The notes: generated by a model not told the origin, from the sequence alone. Shown: positions 26,396-39,893, numbered from the whole stretch's first letter. The stretch: DNA of 63,732 nucleotides, filler included, from Octopus bimaculoides (GCF_001194135.2; 8 parts of 8 records of this genome joined end to end with filler, not necessarily neighbours in it), one strand, 5' to 3'. Program-made: numbers and translations.

Positions 26396-26626
26396 GATCC
26401 TAGCTGGCGAGCTGAGGGGAATCGTTAGCACACCGGACAAAATACTTGGCGGCATTTCGTCCGCCTTGACAGTCTGATTTCAAATCCCGCTGAGGTCGAC
26501 TTTAACATTCATCCTTTCGGGGTCAATAAAATACGTACCAGTCAAGCACTAAGGTCAATGTAATCGACTATCCCCCTCCCCTCAAATTTCAGGCCTTTTC
26601 CCTATTGTAGAAAGGATTATTATTAT

Positions 26627-27130
26627 TATTGAGTGAGAGAGCAGTGCATGCCATCAAAGTGACACTGGGGTAAAATATACGAAGCCCAGTATACCCATCA
26701 TGACTACCCGTCTGATAAGGGTACACCAGGCACATGCATCACAACCATATGTACGCGACATGGTGATCTCATATCAAGATAAATAGCGCATGACCTTGCA
26801 GGTGGGGCCCAGTTAGAATTTTCTTCAGGTGGAGTAGCCCATCCCGCTCAAAAGGTCCCCGAATAAGGTTTGTTTAAAGATGTTGAGCAAAACCCCCATG
26901 TTTCCAAAGGTGAATTATTCAAACTCCAAAGAATTCCTCTCAACACATGGCTATGATGCTCTCCCACTACTTCTGACATGCTCAACTGGTTAAGGTCAAA
27001 CAACTGACAAGCAAATCTGTGGTATTGAGCAGAATATTTGCTGTAGCCCATCTTTCTATACCAAGACAAAACAATGTACACAATAACACTTCCAATCAGT
27101 TAAGATCAGAAGCCATGAGAGCCACTGCCT
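26627..27130 (-). mobile_element. About 500-bp interspersed retroposon-like repeat lying within an (ATT)n tract
   Basis: Bounded by ATT repeats on both sides and lying between two family-B SINEs; no ORF. Confidence 0.5.
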
Positions 27131-27551
27131 ATTATCATTATTAAGATTGCAAGCTGGCAGAATCGTTAGCACCCTGGACGAAATGCTTAGCGGTATTTCG
27201 CCCGTCGCTGCGTTCTGAGTTCAAATTACGCCGAGGTCGACTTCACCTTTCATCCATTCGGGGTCGATAAATTAAGTATGGGATGTATATGTAGAATACA
27301 TCCGGAAACAGGAGGAAATCCTTCACTATGATCAACTGGAAGATATCCATTTTAATCAACGCTCCTTAAAAACAAACAAACAAACAAAGAAAAAAAAAAC
27401 TACTGTGATGGAAACAAATGCTGCGTTCGAACCTAGCTGGCATGTAGACTCTATATTCTAATCATAATAGTATGAGAATCATAATAGTATGAGAATCATA
27501 ATCCATCGCCGAGAGGATTGCAATTATTTTGTAGATTATTGCTTACATAGT

Positions 27552-27932
27552 GGAGGCACAATGGCCCAGTGGTTAGGGTAGTGGACTCGCGGTCATAGGA
27601 TCGCGGTTTCGATTCCCAGACCGGGCGTTGTGAGTGTTTATTGAGCGAAAACACCTTAAAGCTCCACGAAGCTCCGGCAGGGGATGGTGGCGAACCCTGC
27701 TGTACTCTTCCACCACAACTTTCTCTCACTCTTACTTCCTGTTTCTGTTGTGCCTGTAATTCAAAGGGTCAGCCTTGTCACACTGTGTCACGCTGAATAT
27801 CCCCGAGAACTACGTTAAGGGTACACGTGTCTGTGGAGTGCTCAGCCATTTGCACGTTAATTTCACGAGCAGGCTGTTCCGTTGATCGGATCAACTGGAA
27901 CCCTCGACGTCGTAAGCGACGGAGTGCCACCA
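27552..27932 (+). mobile_element. SINE family C (tRNA-derived head GGAGGCGCAATGGCCCAGTGGTTAGG, about 380 bp)
   Basis: A and B boxes followed by a conserved body ending GGAGTGCCA(ACA)n. Other copies: 13441-13653 (-), 48787-49051, 49151-49556. Confidence 0.9.
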
Positions 27933-28284
27933 ATTGCTTACATAAGCTGGTCTGTTTTGCTGGCTGCAGACTTGTACTTAAAGCTGCTCGATTTTATCTC
28001 AAGACTAAAATTACACACACGCACACACAGAGTTTCCTTCTTTCACACACCGATATTCCTATGCTTATGCATTCCTCTATTCCCCAACCTCGCTTTCTGT
28101 TCACTTGTCTAATCTTACACAAAACGTATACAAGCTACCGATAAGATTGACCTTTGTCATTAAGGATTAACTGTTAAATGTACTTTTATTAATCATACTT
28201 AGTCTTGACGGACGAGAAGAAAATTTCAAGTGAGTGACTATAATTTGTTTCTCTCCTCTAAGATCTTGAAATATTTTAGTATAA

Positions 28285-28852
28285 TATTTGTAGGTGCGAG
28301 AAAGTTTTCAACCATAATGCGTTATGATTTATAAACTGAAAAATGTATTATATAATGAGGAAAAACCTATTTCATAAAGATCGGAACTCCTACTAAATCA
28401 GTTGAAAAACCACAAAATATATTTGGATTAGGAATATCAATTGATATTTGGCAACTCTAATTGTCAAGAATAACATAACCTGAATAATAATAAAAAAAAA
28501 CAACTTCCGCAATTGAAACCTTTTACATTTTTAACAAAATGTACACAGTACTATAGAGGAGTGTTAAGAATTGTTGCTTTATAGTATTATTGAATGATCA
28601 TTTATAGGAACAATACTATAACAGACAAGAGTCACAACATAAATGTTCATGTCGCGACTCCTAGCAGATAAAGATACTAACATCGAAGATAGTAACATCT
28701 TCTGGATTAGTGAGTGATAGATCCCATCAGATTAATATATTTTGTGGCATTTCTACTGATTTATGATATAGTTGTTTCTCAGTACATAATAAAATTTTCA
28801 GTTTATTAATCAAAACGCATTGTGGTTGAAAACTTTCTCGCATCTACAAATA
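28285..28852. mobile_element. MITE with about 60-bp TIRs and TA termini
   Basis: TATTTGTAGGTGCGAGAAAGTTTTCAACCATAATGCG... versus ...CGCATTGTGGTTGAAAACTTTCTCGCATCTACAAATA. Confidence 0.85.
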
Positions 28853-30149
28853 GTTTAAACATTTGTATAAAGTTTACCGATTGTGTTAAAATCGACTCCT
28901 CTCTCTCTATATGTAGTAATATATAAACAACACTGCAAACTGTGCCCTCAAAATATAGAATATAAGTATATTACTGAAATCTTATGACATCAGGATAGAT
29001 TTATCTTAACAGAAATCTGAAAAGAAAACAAAAGGACTATATATTAAAATACAAGAAAAAGATACCAACATTGAGGAGAGTAACATCTTCTGGATAAGTG
29101 AGTGATAGACCCCATAAGATTTTAGCTACAGTGCTGAAGAAGTTCGGATTTCTATTTTTGTGAAAAAAAGAAGAAAAAAAACTTTCGAATTCCTGGTAAG
29201 TTTTGCCAGAAACTGGAAATGTTTTAAAGTTTTAAAATGAGGTTTGAATAATGACGTATTGCAATCATTCTGATGTCATAATAATTATTATATTTATACC
29301 AAATCTTTAATTACTTCGTCAAAATAATCATTACAACAGTGTTTGAAAATCTGGGACTGATTTTTAAAATCAGACTGGAAACAATTTTGGAAAAGTGAAA
29401 ATAGTGATAGCAAAATTTGTAGAAAATTCTGCTAGGTGTTGCGCCAAGAACATTTGCGTTGTGACTCCCATCTGTTATAATATTGTTCCTATAAATCCTA
29501 CGGTTTAATAATACTATAAACCAGCAACTCCTGACATTGCTGTATAATATCTGATGTGTGTATATGTGTGTGTGTGTACGAATAAAAAGAAAATCCTTAT
29601 AAGGTATCTTGAGCAAGTAGTTATATCTTATTTTTCTGGTTTTGCATTGTCGATAAACTTGAGAAAAAAACACAAAAACCTCCAAAAGCGTTAGTTTTGG
29701 TCTATGCTTCACCCAAGGCTGTTATGCTGCCAAAGAGACATGCTGCGAAGACACTTGTTTCGTGAACAGATTTCTACACCCGCACACTGTCTAGGAATCT
29801 CTTCAGGTGGCGCGCCGTCAGCGCGAGTCTGTGCAACATCAGCCTCGGCATACCAAACCCGGATTAGATGACAACTGGATCAATGCTTGACGGTGAGGCG
29901 GCACACAATAACGAAGGTGATTTTGGCATCTACTATGTTTTCTCAACCTCTCAAGGACAGCTTCCTATCGGCTTGTTCTGTGTAAGATTGGCTACCCATG
30001 AGCCTGGCTAGGCTTTAAAAGGGCGCACTTATTATATATATATATATATGTATGTATGGATGTATAAATATATGTATGCATGTATATATGTGTACATATT
30101 ACATATACATGTATATATATAGATGTATATGTAATATGTGCACGTATAT

Positions 30150-30190
<41 letters not shown>

Positions 30191-30195
<5 letters not shown>

Positions 30196-30413
30196 AGAGT
30201 TGCTGAAAAGTTCCTGGCTTTAAGGCTATCGCAAAAGGCCTGGTTGGAAGCCCAACCGCCCGAGTTCTTTTGCAGGACTTAGAAAACCTGAAGGACTGCT
30301 GCAATAAGCGTTTGAATCTGAGAGGGGAATATGGTGAATAAAATTCATAATTAAATGATACGCTTATTTATTCTTTTACCTAAAACCAGGAACTTTTCGG
30401 CATCCCCCGTGTA
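30191..30413 (+). mobile_element. Mariner-derived MITE
   Basis: TIRs GCTGAAAAGTTCCTGG / CCAGGAACTTTTCGGC; interior resembles a mariner transposase C-terminus. Confidence 0.8.
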
Positions 30414-30419
30414 CCCATC

Positions 30420-30521
<102 letters not shown>

Positions 30522-30534
30522 TATNNNNNNNNNN

Positions 30535-30580
<46 letters not shown>

Positions 30581-30581
30581 T

Positions 30582-30664
<83 letters not shown>

Positions 30665-31228
30665 GCATGTATATATATAACTTGAAAAGAAATAATGTTA
30701 ATAGTTATACGAAAAACATTAATAGTATATAAATGGACGCATCGCCACCGATCTTACCAAATATCTCACATGATCATACGCGCCAAGCAAAACACACTAA
30801 CACACTCGAACATGAGTTTGACATAATATATCCTGGCGTAAAACAACGCGATGCATTAACAAAATATCATGATTAAAACTTGAGTAATTTAACCGTACAC
30901 ACACCCGCACCAATAATTAATAAAACAATACATTGTTGCAATTATGAACGTATAAACTACTTCTAACGGTATCTTCATATAAACTGACAGTGACAACGAA
31001 AACAATTTCGTGTGAAGCATCTAATTAGCATCAGGAAGTTTGTAGTTCTATTAGTGGAAATATGTATGCATGTATGTATGCATGTATGTATGTATGTATG
31101 TATGGATGTATGGATGTATGTATGTATGGATGGATGGATGGATGCATGTATTTATGTATTTATGCACTGCATTGTTTGTACGCAATGCATTGCATGCATG
31201 CATACATACGCACATATCTATCTATCTA

Positions 31229-31282
<54 letters not shown>

Positions 31283-31310
31283 GGCGTAAACCTAAAAAAA
31301 AAAAAGGTTT

Positions 31311-31720
31311 AAGGACGGCATGAGGACTACTATGAAGTCACTTGGAATGGTTCTAGAAGATATAGAAACCCTTGCTTCGGATCGAGTTGGATGGTGAACG
31401 AAGGCGTGGAGTGAAGTAAAAGCATTTGAAGTGGCCAGGATAACGCAAGTAAGACTCAAAAGAGGTCTAAGGAAGACTGTAACAATCGAGAAGGTGAATG
31501 GCAATGACCTTTTTGTGTGCACAGTCTGTGACAGACCATACCTGTCTTTGGCTGGCCTCAAATCTCATCTGTGAACGCCTGAAAAACGAACCTCCACCAC
31601 CTATTCTGACTATATGTCTGTGCACACCTTTGAATGCAGTATATGCCAGAAGGTTTTCAAATCCAACGGAGGCCTCTTTACTTGTAAAGGGGTTATGTGC
31701 AAGAATAGGCATTAAACCGA
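31311..31720 (+). mobile_element. RTE-type LINE 3' end with C2H2 zinc fingers
   Basis: TLASDRVGW...FVCTVCDRPYLSLAGLKSHL*...FECSICQKVFKSNGGL; homologous to 55470-55625. Confidence 0.7.
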
Positions 31721-31937
31721 TGGTAATTATTCTGACCAGCCATAACCAACGAAAACTAATATATATATATATAATGCAATATAATATAATATAAATAATA
31801 TAGATATATATATATTTCATCCTTTCGGGGTCGATAAATAAAGTACCAGTTACGCACTAGGGTCGATGTAATCGACTTAATCCCTTTGTCTGTCCTTGTA
31901 TGTCCCCTCTATGTTTAGCCCCTTGTGGGCAATAAAG

Positions 31938-31996
<59 letters not shown>

Positions 31997-32100
31997 TGTA
32001 TACATATCTATATATATATATATATCTATATATCTATATCTATATATATGCATGTATACTTATATATACATACATATATATGTAAATACACATGCATATA

Positions 32101-32393
32101 TGGGTACAGGACATCATAAAACGTAAACAACATAAAATACGAAAACAACATGAAATACGAAGTACGAAAACATGGAATACAAGCTTTTTTGGCGAACAAC
32201 GAAAGGAACAAATGGAAAACATGATAAGCAACATAAAGTACGACCCTTCATCAGTTGTCGGCTGTTTTATCTACTCGACATTTCGAGCGTTTACAACAAG
32301 ATGTGCTTTCGTCAAAACAGTTGCTCCCACAAAGCAAATTAAATAAAATTTGGGATTTGCGGAGGGTCAAAGTTGATAACAAAACCAAGGCAG

Positions 32394-32438
<45 letters not shown>

Positions 32439-32999
32439 ATGTATATACATACATATATATATATATATATATATGGGAGAATATACGAAAAAACAACAAC
32501 AGACGAGGACAGGTGGTGTAACTAACAAAAGGATGTATTAGTATGACGCTCGGGNNNNNNNNNNNNNNNNNNNNNNNNNNNNNNNNNNNNNNNNNNNNNN
32601 NNNNNNNNNNNNNNNNNNNNNNNNNNNNNNNNNNNNNNNNNNNNNNNNNNNNNNNNNNNNNNNNNNNNNNNNNNNNNNNNNNNNNNNNNNNNNNNNNNNN
32701 NNNNNNNNNNNNNNNNNNNNNNNNNNNNNNNNNNNNNNNNNNNNNNNNNNNNNNNNNNNNNNNNNNNNNNNNNNNNNNNNNNNNNNNNNNNNNNNNNNNN
32801 NNNNNNNNNNNNNNNNNNNNNNNNNNNNNNNNNNNNNNNNNNNNNNNNNNNNNNNNNNNNNNNNNNNNNNNNNNNNNNNNNNNNNNNNNNNNNNNNNNNN
32901 NNNNNNNNNNNNNNNNNNNNNNNNNNNNNNNNNNNNNNNNNNNNNNNNNNNNNNNNNNNNNNNNNNNNNNNNNNNNNNNNNNNNNNNNNNNNNNNNNNN

Positions 33000-33041
<42 letters not shown>

Positions 33042-33460
33042 CTCTCTCTCTCTCTCTCTCACCGGTATTGCTTCTGTCATTTTCGCAGGCATCAAAACGT
33101 CATTAGCTCCTTGTCCATCCACTCTCCTTTGTAACGCATCTGATGTTAGTGAAATTGCCAATCTCACCTCTATAAACACCGTATGATCCGCTCTGACCAA
33201 CAGCAACCAGATTTCTTGTAGCCATTTTGGATTTCCTGTGTTTCTCCATTCGGTAATCTAATCCTGAATGAGCCGGGTTACTGTTAGAAGCCTGCGAAAC
33301 TGTAAGTCGCATTGAGCCGAAACAAACTGTTTTATATAATAGTATATTAACTCCTACTCTTTGTGTTGAGTGTTGTTTTTTTATTTCTGTTTGTTTCCTC
33401 ACTTGATTAGAACCGTGTAGTTACGTATTCTGAACGATTTATATTTGTTTTCATATAACA
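32101..33460. mobile_element. Probable Penelope-like terminal-repeat (pLTR) fragments around a gap
   Basis: Non-coding repeat-like blocks containing CTGATGA/GAAA strings and the hammerhead-like motif at 33264; family assignment is from memory only. Confidence 0.35.
33249..33321 (+). ncRNA. Hammerhead-like motif with variant core (CTGAATGA)
   Basis: CTGAATGA-GCCGGGTT actgttag AAGCCTGC-GAAAC TGTAA GTC. Imperfect helix I with distal TTCGG/CCGAA pairing. Confidence 0.45.
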
Positions 33461-33581
33461 TTCAAATATTGAAAAAAAATAGTTTTGTATGGCAAAGCGT
33501 GTATACTAGTTTCTGCATATTTTAAGCTAAAAAGAACTTGTGAATGATTATAAAATGATGGCTTCAATGAGTTTCGATATT

Positions 33582-34664
33582 TTACTTTTTACATGGTTTG
33601 AAAAGATTGCGAAATAAAGCCAGCAATTCATTACGAAACCGTCGATTGAAAAGTCCGTAAATATACGGGTTTAGAGAAGAGCTGAGATAAAGAGAATAGG
33701 TTAATAATTTGTTAATCACTAGTTCTTTATCACTTGCAACGACTTCAAAATCTTTAACGAGCAACTTCCACAATACTCCGACGAAATGTGGTATATAAGC
33801 GATAATCCACACCAAAGTGATGATGAAGAATATTAAATTAGACCGAGCTGGTGGCATTGATTGTTTTCTAAGACGCACAAAAGAGGTAGATCGCTTCTCT
33901 GAAGAACTACTATCTGTAAACTGACCTTCAGGTTTGGAAATGGTACGAGTTGTGAAGGCTTCGCGAAACTGATTTGCTTTATTTTTCTTCGCTTTGTAAA
34001 TTTTCCAAATGCGCATGCCAATTAATGAGTATATAATCAAAAGAATTATTAACATACAACAGGAAACGGTCAACACGAAAGAATAATAGGCTAAAGGATG
34101 CATTGTGCCATTTATATAGGGGAAAAGTGTACACTCCTTTCCTATATTTCCACATCGTTTTACCATTTTGTTTTGTTTGCCGTGTACAAAAATTGCTGGT
34201 ATAGAAACAACAACCGTGAAGATTGTAAAAAATGCTAGAATTTGTTTTGAATTTTTAACGGAAATATTTTGCTTAAGAGGTCGGCATATAAGAATGTATC
34301 TATCAATTGCTATAACAAACACAATCAAAGCTGAATTGATTACTGCTATAGCTACCACATAACGTATCACACGGCATGTAATATCACTGTCGAAAGTGTA
34401 GGAATAATGTAGGACCACAATGTCCATAGGTATACCTATTATGGAAGTTAGAAAATCACACACAGAGAGTGCTACAATGAACATATGCGTGGCTGTCTCA
34501 TCAAATTTATAATAATATATGTATGATACAAAGCAATTTCCAATTGCTCCAAGTGCCGTTGAAATTCCGAGATACATTATGACTGGAAAATAAACCTCCA
34601 CCATTTTAGTATTTAGTTCTTCTAAAATACTAGCACAAATGTTGTCACTCTTGTTTTGCTCCAT
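33582..34664 (-). CDS. Orphan class A GPCR, copy 3; single coding exon, 360 aa
   Basis: 7TM pattern; IGN, LSVCD, AIDRY, AYIPH, LNPYIY. About 60% identical to copy 1 over TM1-TM3 (hand count). Upstream acceptor ctctttccag| places the exon start at 34750. Confidence 0.95.
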   Translation of the reverse strand: MEQNKSDNICASILEELNTKMVEVYFPVIMYLGISTALGAIGNCFVSYIYYYKFDETATHMFIVALSVCDFLTSIIGIPMDIVVLHYSYTFDSDITCRVIRYVVAIAVINSALIVFVIAIDRYILICRPLKQNISVKNSKQILAFFTIFTVVVSIPAIFVHGKQNKMVKRCGNIGKECTLFPYINGTMHPLAYYSFVLTVSCCMLIILLIIYSLIGMRIWKIYKAKKNKANQFREAFTTRTISKPEGQFTDSSSSEKRSTSFVRLRKQSMPPARSNLIFFIITLVWIIAYIPHFVGVLWKLLVKDFEVVASDKELVINKLLTYSLYLSSSLNPYIYGLFNRRFRNELLALFRNLFKPCKK

Positions 34665-35589
34665 TTTCTAATTTTCCTCCAAATTCTTGGAAATATCGTT
34701 TGTAACTTTGAGAACAGTGTTCTGATTTGCAATGGTATTCCTTATTCTTCCTGGAAAGAGAAAGAAGGTTGGTTTGTAAATAGTTTATTTCAAGAGACTC
34801 TCTGAAACATCATGCTTTACATTCAGGATTCGGTCAACAAAGATTTGTACAAAAATAAGAAATACGTTTATCAAATATGTGTGTATGTGTGTGTTCGTTT
34901 TTAACGGTTGAACCCGAAGTAGCTGAAACTGTAAATAATAGTAGCATTATGGTTAAAAATACCATTTGAAAGGACGAAGTCTACTCTTCAGTCTTGAACC
35001 TACACGTGTTGTAAACATGATAGACGCTCTGCCATTGAACCAAAGTAATATTTAGAGTTTCTATATTCATTTTCGAAACTTTGTTCTTACCAGCGAGAAT
35101 TGCATGTCCTTGACGTCGTAACAATTTAGAAATTTCGAGAGAACGTGAAATAATTCGTTTTCAACGGTTAAAGTCGAAGTAGATACAGTTATAAATAATA
35201 GCGTCTAAATATTGGCTTAAGAAACACTTTGGGTAGAAAAAACCGAATGTATGTAGATATGCACGTATGAATGCATGCATGCATGCCGTGTGATACGTAC
35301 GTATGTATGTATGTATGTATGTATGTATGTATGTATGTATGTATGTATACATGCATGTATGTGAGTCTTTGTGTTTCTGTTTGTCCCTCCTCCCCACTGC
35401 TTAGCAGCTGATGTTGGTTTCCTTACGCCTTTGTTACTTAGCGGTTTGAGAAAAGAGAAAATAGGATAAGTTCCAGACTTGAAAACAAAGTATCTACTAG
35501 GGTCTATTTGCACATCTAAACCCTACAAGGTGGTGCTCCAGCATGCTTGCAGTTCAATGACTAAAACAAGTAAAGGGTAAAAGACAAGT

Positions 35590-36790
35590 ATTTCCGTAGT
35601 TTTATTTCTGTTGCACGCTTTCATTATACTGCCAAGCTTTGTAAGCCGTCGGCATGTGCTGTGGCTTGTTTTGGTATTAATTTTACTGCTTGTATGACCT
35701 TTTCTATTTTACATTTATAACATCTCTTTACATAGTGCTTGAAAAACTTCCAGTGTATGTCAGTCTCAACTCCGTCATTTCTGTGGACATATTACTTCTT
35801 GGCTAAGACTGGATAGCCATGTCAATTCCAGTCTCTTTGACATATTTATTGAGCTTAGTGGTTAGTGCTCCGAGACTCCTACAACTACTAGGATTAGTAG
35901 TCTTTTCAAAATGTTAGTTAGTCTCTTCAAAATGCACGTTCTTGCAATTTCGTCTTGTAGTAACTTGTACTTTTTCCACCTTTTCCAACTTTTTGTCACC
36001 CACACGTGCGTCTCCAGGTATAGCAATATCTATAAGCTTTGTTCTCCTTCTACAACAATCTATAACCTTTGTTCCCACTACAACAATGTCTGGTCTTTGA
36101 GCATCAATTGATTAGTCACATTAAATTGTAAAATCCCACAAGATCTTATATCTATTATCCTCAGTGACGCCTCCAGGTTTATGTTCAATCTCCAGTGAAC
36201 AAACTTAGCCACGTTATGCTGCCCCATTTCGTATTCCTTCTGAGCCAGTTTGCTACACTCACTCACGACATGTACGATTCTTTCGTTTTTGCTGCCACAT
36301 ATCTTACAAAAGGGTGGTCTTTTTTAATCCTTCGATTTCTCATTGTTTTCATTTTCTACTTGCTTACTCATTGTTCTTCATCTTGTTTCTTAAATGTCTT
36401 TGGATACATGACATTTTCAGTAGGTATCTTGTTGCTATTTCAAACAGCGGCAAGCACATTTCAATATGCTATTTGGCGTATCATCACAGGCTGTTTTCCT
36501 CGTTGAATATACTCAAATCTTGCACCCTATGAGGCCTCTTCCACCCATGTACCTAGGCACATGCAGCCTATTGATATCGTTTTTAGGGTGGAGTTCCTTG
36601 TTCATTTTCATCACTTCCCTAGTTTTTCTATCCATTTCCCCAAGATCGTTCTTTGTTCACCTAATAACACCTGCGCCATATCGCATTAAGTTAACATCCC
36701 ATGTGTTTATTGCTCTGATCTTATTCATTCTAGTGAGTGTACTTTCTATACTTAATTTGACTCTTCTGGGGTGATCACTTACTAACACTT
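35590..36790 (-). mobile_element. Dong/R4-type LINE 3' half, decayed
   Basis: RAINTW..NLMRYGAG...ELHPKNDINRLHVPRYMGGRGL; SECSKLAQKEY..QHN.VAK; ILWDF...RPDIVV; many stops. Confidence 0.75.
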
Positions 36791-36849
36791 TGAGTCATTT
36801 GCAAAGATTATTCTTTTGTTTTGCTTGCTGGTACTTTCCAGTTGTTTAT

Positions 36850-37345
36850 GTAAACATTAAACGGAAGTGGGCCTAACATAGTATCCTGGGGAAACCACTA
36901 ATGATTAGTCTTGTGTAAATTGCTTGAGTCACAAAATATCGAATCCTACTTGTCAGAAAATATTTAATCCACCGCTGTGGCTTACCACGGACTCTAAGGG
37001 TGGATAATTTCTCCAGGGAAATTCTGTGATAGACTTTGTCAAAAACTTTACTGAAATCAAAATAAATAACATCTGTACTGTAGACCCCTCCTAAAGCATT
37101 TAGAAAGCCACCAACGTGATCGAAGAGCTGTATTAGACATTCCGACTATTAAGAAAACCATGTTATTTGAGATCAAGGAATTGATTTTTCTCCCGGAAGA
37201 AAGCTATGTTTGATCTCACCGGCTTCTCGAATTCTTTAACAATACGAGTGTTTAGTAGATTAGACCGTAATTCACTGCGAGAAACTTATTTCCCTCTTAA
37301 AAACAGAGACAACACAGTGGGACAGAAAACGCTCAGGAATAAGAC
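36850..37345 (-). mobile_element. CR1/Jockey-type RT remnant
   Basis: Decayed NY..I..T.I.K.FEK...HGF..SR...DFSK.FDKV.H-like string, readable only across stops and frameshifts. Confidence 0.5.
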
Positions 37346-38935
37346 CTGGTTCCAGTGAATTCCCCCAGAGATGAACTGGAGGTTACGCAAATTGATTCTT
37401 GCACATTTTCAGGATAATAAAAGAGAGAAATCTCTCGGGTTAAATGGAATTAAATTTGATCAATTACCGCAACTTTATCCGCATCACGGAAAGTTATATC
37501 CATCTTTTATTGACAACGTTTTAAAGCATAAGATTAAGCAAAGCAATATGTCACTTGAGATAATGTAATATTTTTCTCTAAAGAGAGTCTTGTGAGAGAA
37601 TGAAAGAATGTTACGGGCACTAAACATTTTCATACAATAACAGAAATATATATAAACGCAGAGTTTAACTAACTTAGTAAAAATATATAGAAACGAGGTC
37701 TACGCTTCAGAGAATATACCAAAAAATGCAGGTGAAATCAAAAGGATGTTGAAATTATTTGCAACTTTAATATATTTTCACGAGAGAGAATGTTATTACT
37801 CTAGAAACGGCTATTGTTCTGTACGCATGCACTAAGGACGTTCTCCGTTTTCTTCGATTTCTAAACTATCAAGGTTCTGTGAAGAAGAAAAATAAACATT
37901 CCATAAATTACTTCCAGATGGTAAATAATTTCACTTTTAATTTTAATGAATGTCTCTCTTCGTAATCCATCAATTAATAAGCTACAGATTATATGATGCT
38001 GAAGTTTTCGGAAACAAATGAAATAGCGCTCTGCATGATTAATATATACTAGAAATTATAAAAACATCGTAATAGATTAAAGCAGATTGAATATAAGAAT
38101 TTTATGCATATTCTTTCTTGTAGTCCCTAATTTCATATTCAAATTTTTAGTTCCGCCTCGTGTTGTGAGAGAATGGTTATTTTCCTTGTTTTAACGACCA
38201 CTGCCAGAGGGAACAACATGTATTTGAAAACAAATATACTAAAACTTTTGAATGTATCATCACTAAATGATAGATAATAAAAACGTGGGTGAATAGCGGA
38301 CTGCATCCACACCCAATAATCACAGACTTATGTAAGGAAAAACAGGAGGGTATGATTTGTTTTATATATGCAGGAAGAATTAGTATTCGGAATAATTTAG
38401 CAGATAGCCGCTGCAGTCCGTCAAATATAGAAATGTAGATTTGCTGTCAAATCCACAAGGTCCTCAGGAACAATTTAATGGCTTTCGTTCCTTTGTGTTT
38501 AATTATATCTTAGTACTAGCAACGTGATTTTCTTGTTTCTCATCGCTCTTGATATTTTTAACTTTGTGTGCAGTGCCTTTCCAAGTGGCCTATTTAAGCC
38601 TGACAACTAGGTCTTTCACCAATCAGTTTTTCTCTGGTGGTAGAGCTTTTACTAAAATTAATGGATTCTGTTCTGACTTGTCATTTGATTGTTGCATGAC
38701 CTGTTTCTAATGACTACTACCGTGAATCCGGTCACTGAAGACTTTCCGGGATACAAACGACTCATTCAGCTTCTGGTAATCGTGTCTTCGGCTATCATAT
38801 TGTATTACTGACAATGTTGAGAATGCGTGGGATAATTTAAAGCAATACACGATATGGGGGAATGCACTGAAAGTTTTGTAGCGATCATATGAAATTTGCA
38901 TATGAGAGATGGGTATAGATATAGATAGAGATAAC

Positions 38936-38995
<60 letters not shown>

Positions 38996-39257
38996 GAAAG
39001 GGAGAAAAAATATGACAAAAACATACAGGGACTCTTGCTACGATTTTCAGAAATGATGAATAAAAAATAAGATAAGGAAAAGATAATGTGAAGGAATAAA
39101 GCACAGTGCCTGCACAGTTGATTTGTACAGCATGGAGTGATGAAGACAGGGCAGCGTGNNNNNNNNNNNNNNNNNNNNNNNNNNNNNNNNNNNNNNNNNN
39201 NNNNNNNNNNNNNNNNNNNNNNNNNNNNNNNNNNNNNNNNNNNNNNNNNNNNNNNNN

Positions 39258-39319
39258 NTTTTAGTATTTAGTTCTTCTAAAATACTAGCACAAATGTTGA
39301 CACTGTTGTTTTGCTCCAT
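39258..39319 (-). CDS. Orphan class A GPCR, copy 4; N-terminal 20 codons only, rest lost in a gap or deleted
   Basis: MEQNNSVNICASILEELNTK versus copy 3 MEQNKSDNICASILEELNTK. Upstream 39320-39485 is homologous to 34665-34850, including the acceptor. Confidence 0.75.
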
Positions 39320-39893
39320 TTTCTAAATATTGTTTGAAACTTTGAGGCTAGTATTATGATCTGCGATTGTAGTCCTCGTAATTCCTGGAAAGACAAAGAA
39401 AAGTTGTTTGTAAACAGTTTATTTCAACAGACTCTCTGAAATATTATGCTTTACATCGAGAGTTAAGTCAACAAAGATTTTACAGTTCTATATTTAAGAG
39501 ATGTGAAATTATGTTCATTATTTACATTTGACGGATATTAGTTGTTAACACAACGTTTTGGCTNNNNNNNNNNNNNNNNNNNNNNNNNNNNNNNNNNNNN
39601 NNNNNNNTTAATTAATTAANNNNNNNNNNNNNNNNNNNNNNNNNNNNNNNNNNNNNNNNNNNNCCTACCTGTCTGTCTGTCTGTCTATCTATCTGTTTGT
39701 CTATCTGTCTATCTATCTGTCTGTCTGTCGATCTGTCTATCTATCAAACTGTCTGTCTGTCTCTCTCTCTCTTCTCATTCACTCTCCTTCTTAGAACATC
39801 ATTTAATACTCTCTCTCTCTCTCTCTCTCTCAACTACTGTATTTGCTAGGCGAAGAAATGGACAGAATCACAAAATGATTTAGAACAACAATA

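Noticed and set aside
27552-27630. tRNA genes (also the family A and B heads)
   Set aside because: A and B boxes are present, but they run into conserved SINE bodies and lack a complete acceptor stem.
29745-29830. Minus-strand CTGAAGA...GAAACAAGTGTC
   Set aside because: A 7-nt insertion precedes GAAA and no helix I can be formed.
32240-32290. Minus-strand GAAATGTC...CTGATGA (permuted hammerhead?)
   Set aside because: No helix I between the triplet and CUGA; the alternative stem UGUCG/CGACA is incompatible with the fold.
38690-38790. Minus-strand CTGAATGA...GAAACAGGTC
   Set aside because: The core pairs with TCATT, helix II does not close, and there is no helix I.
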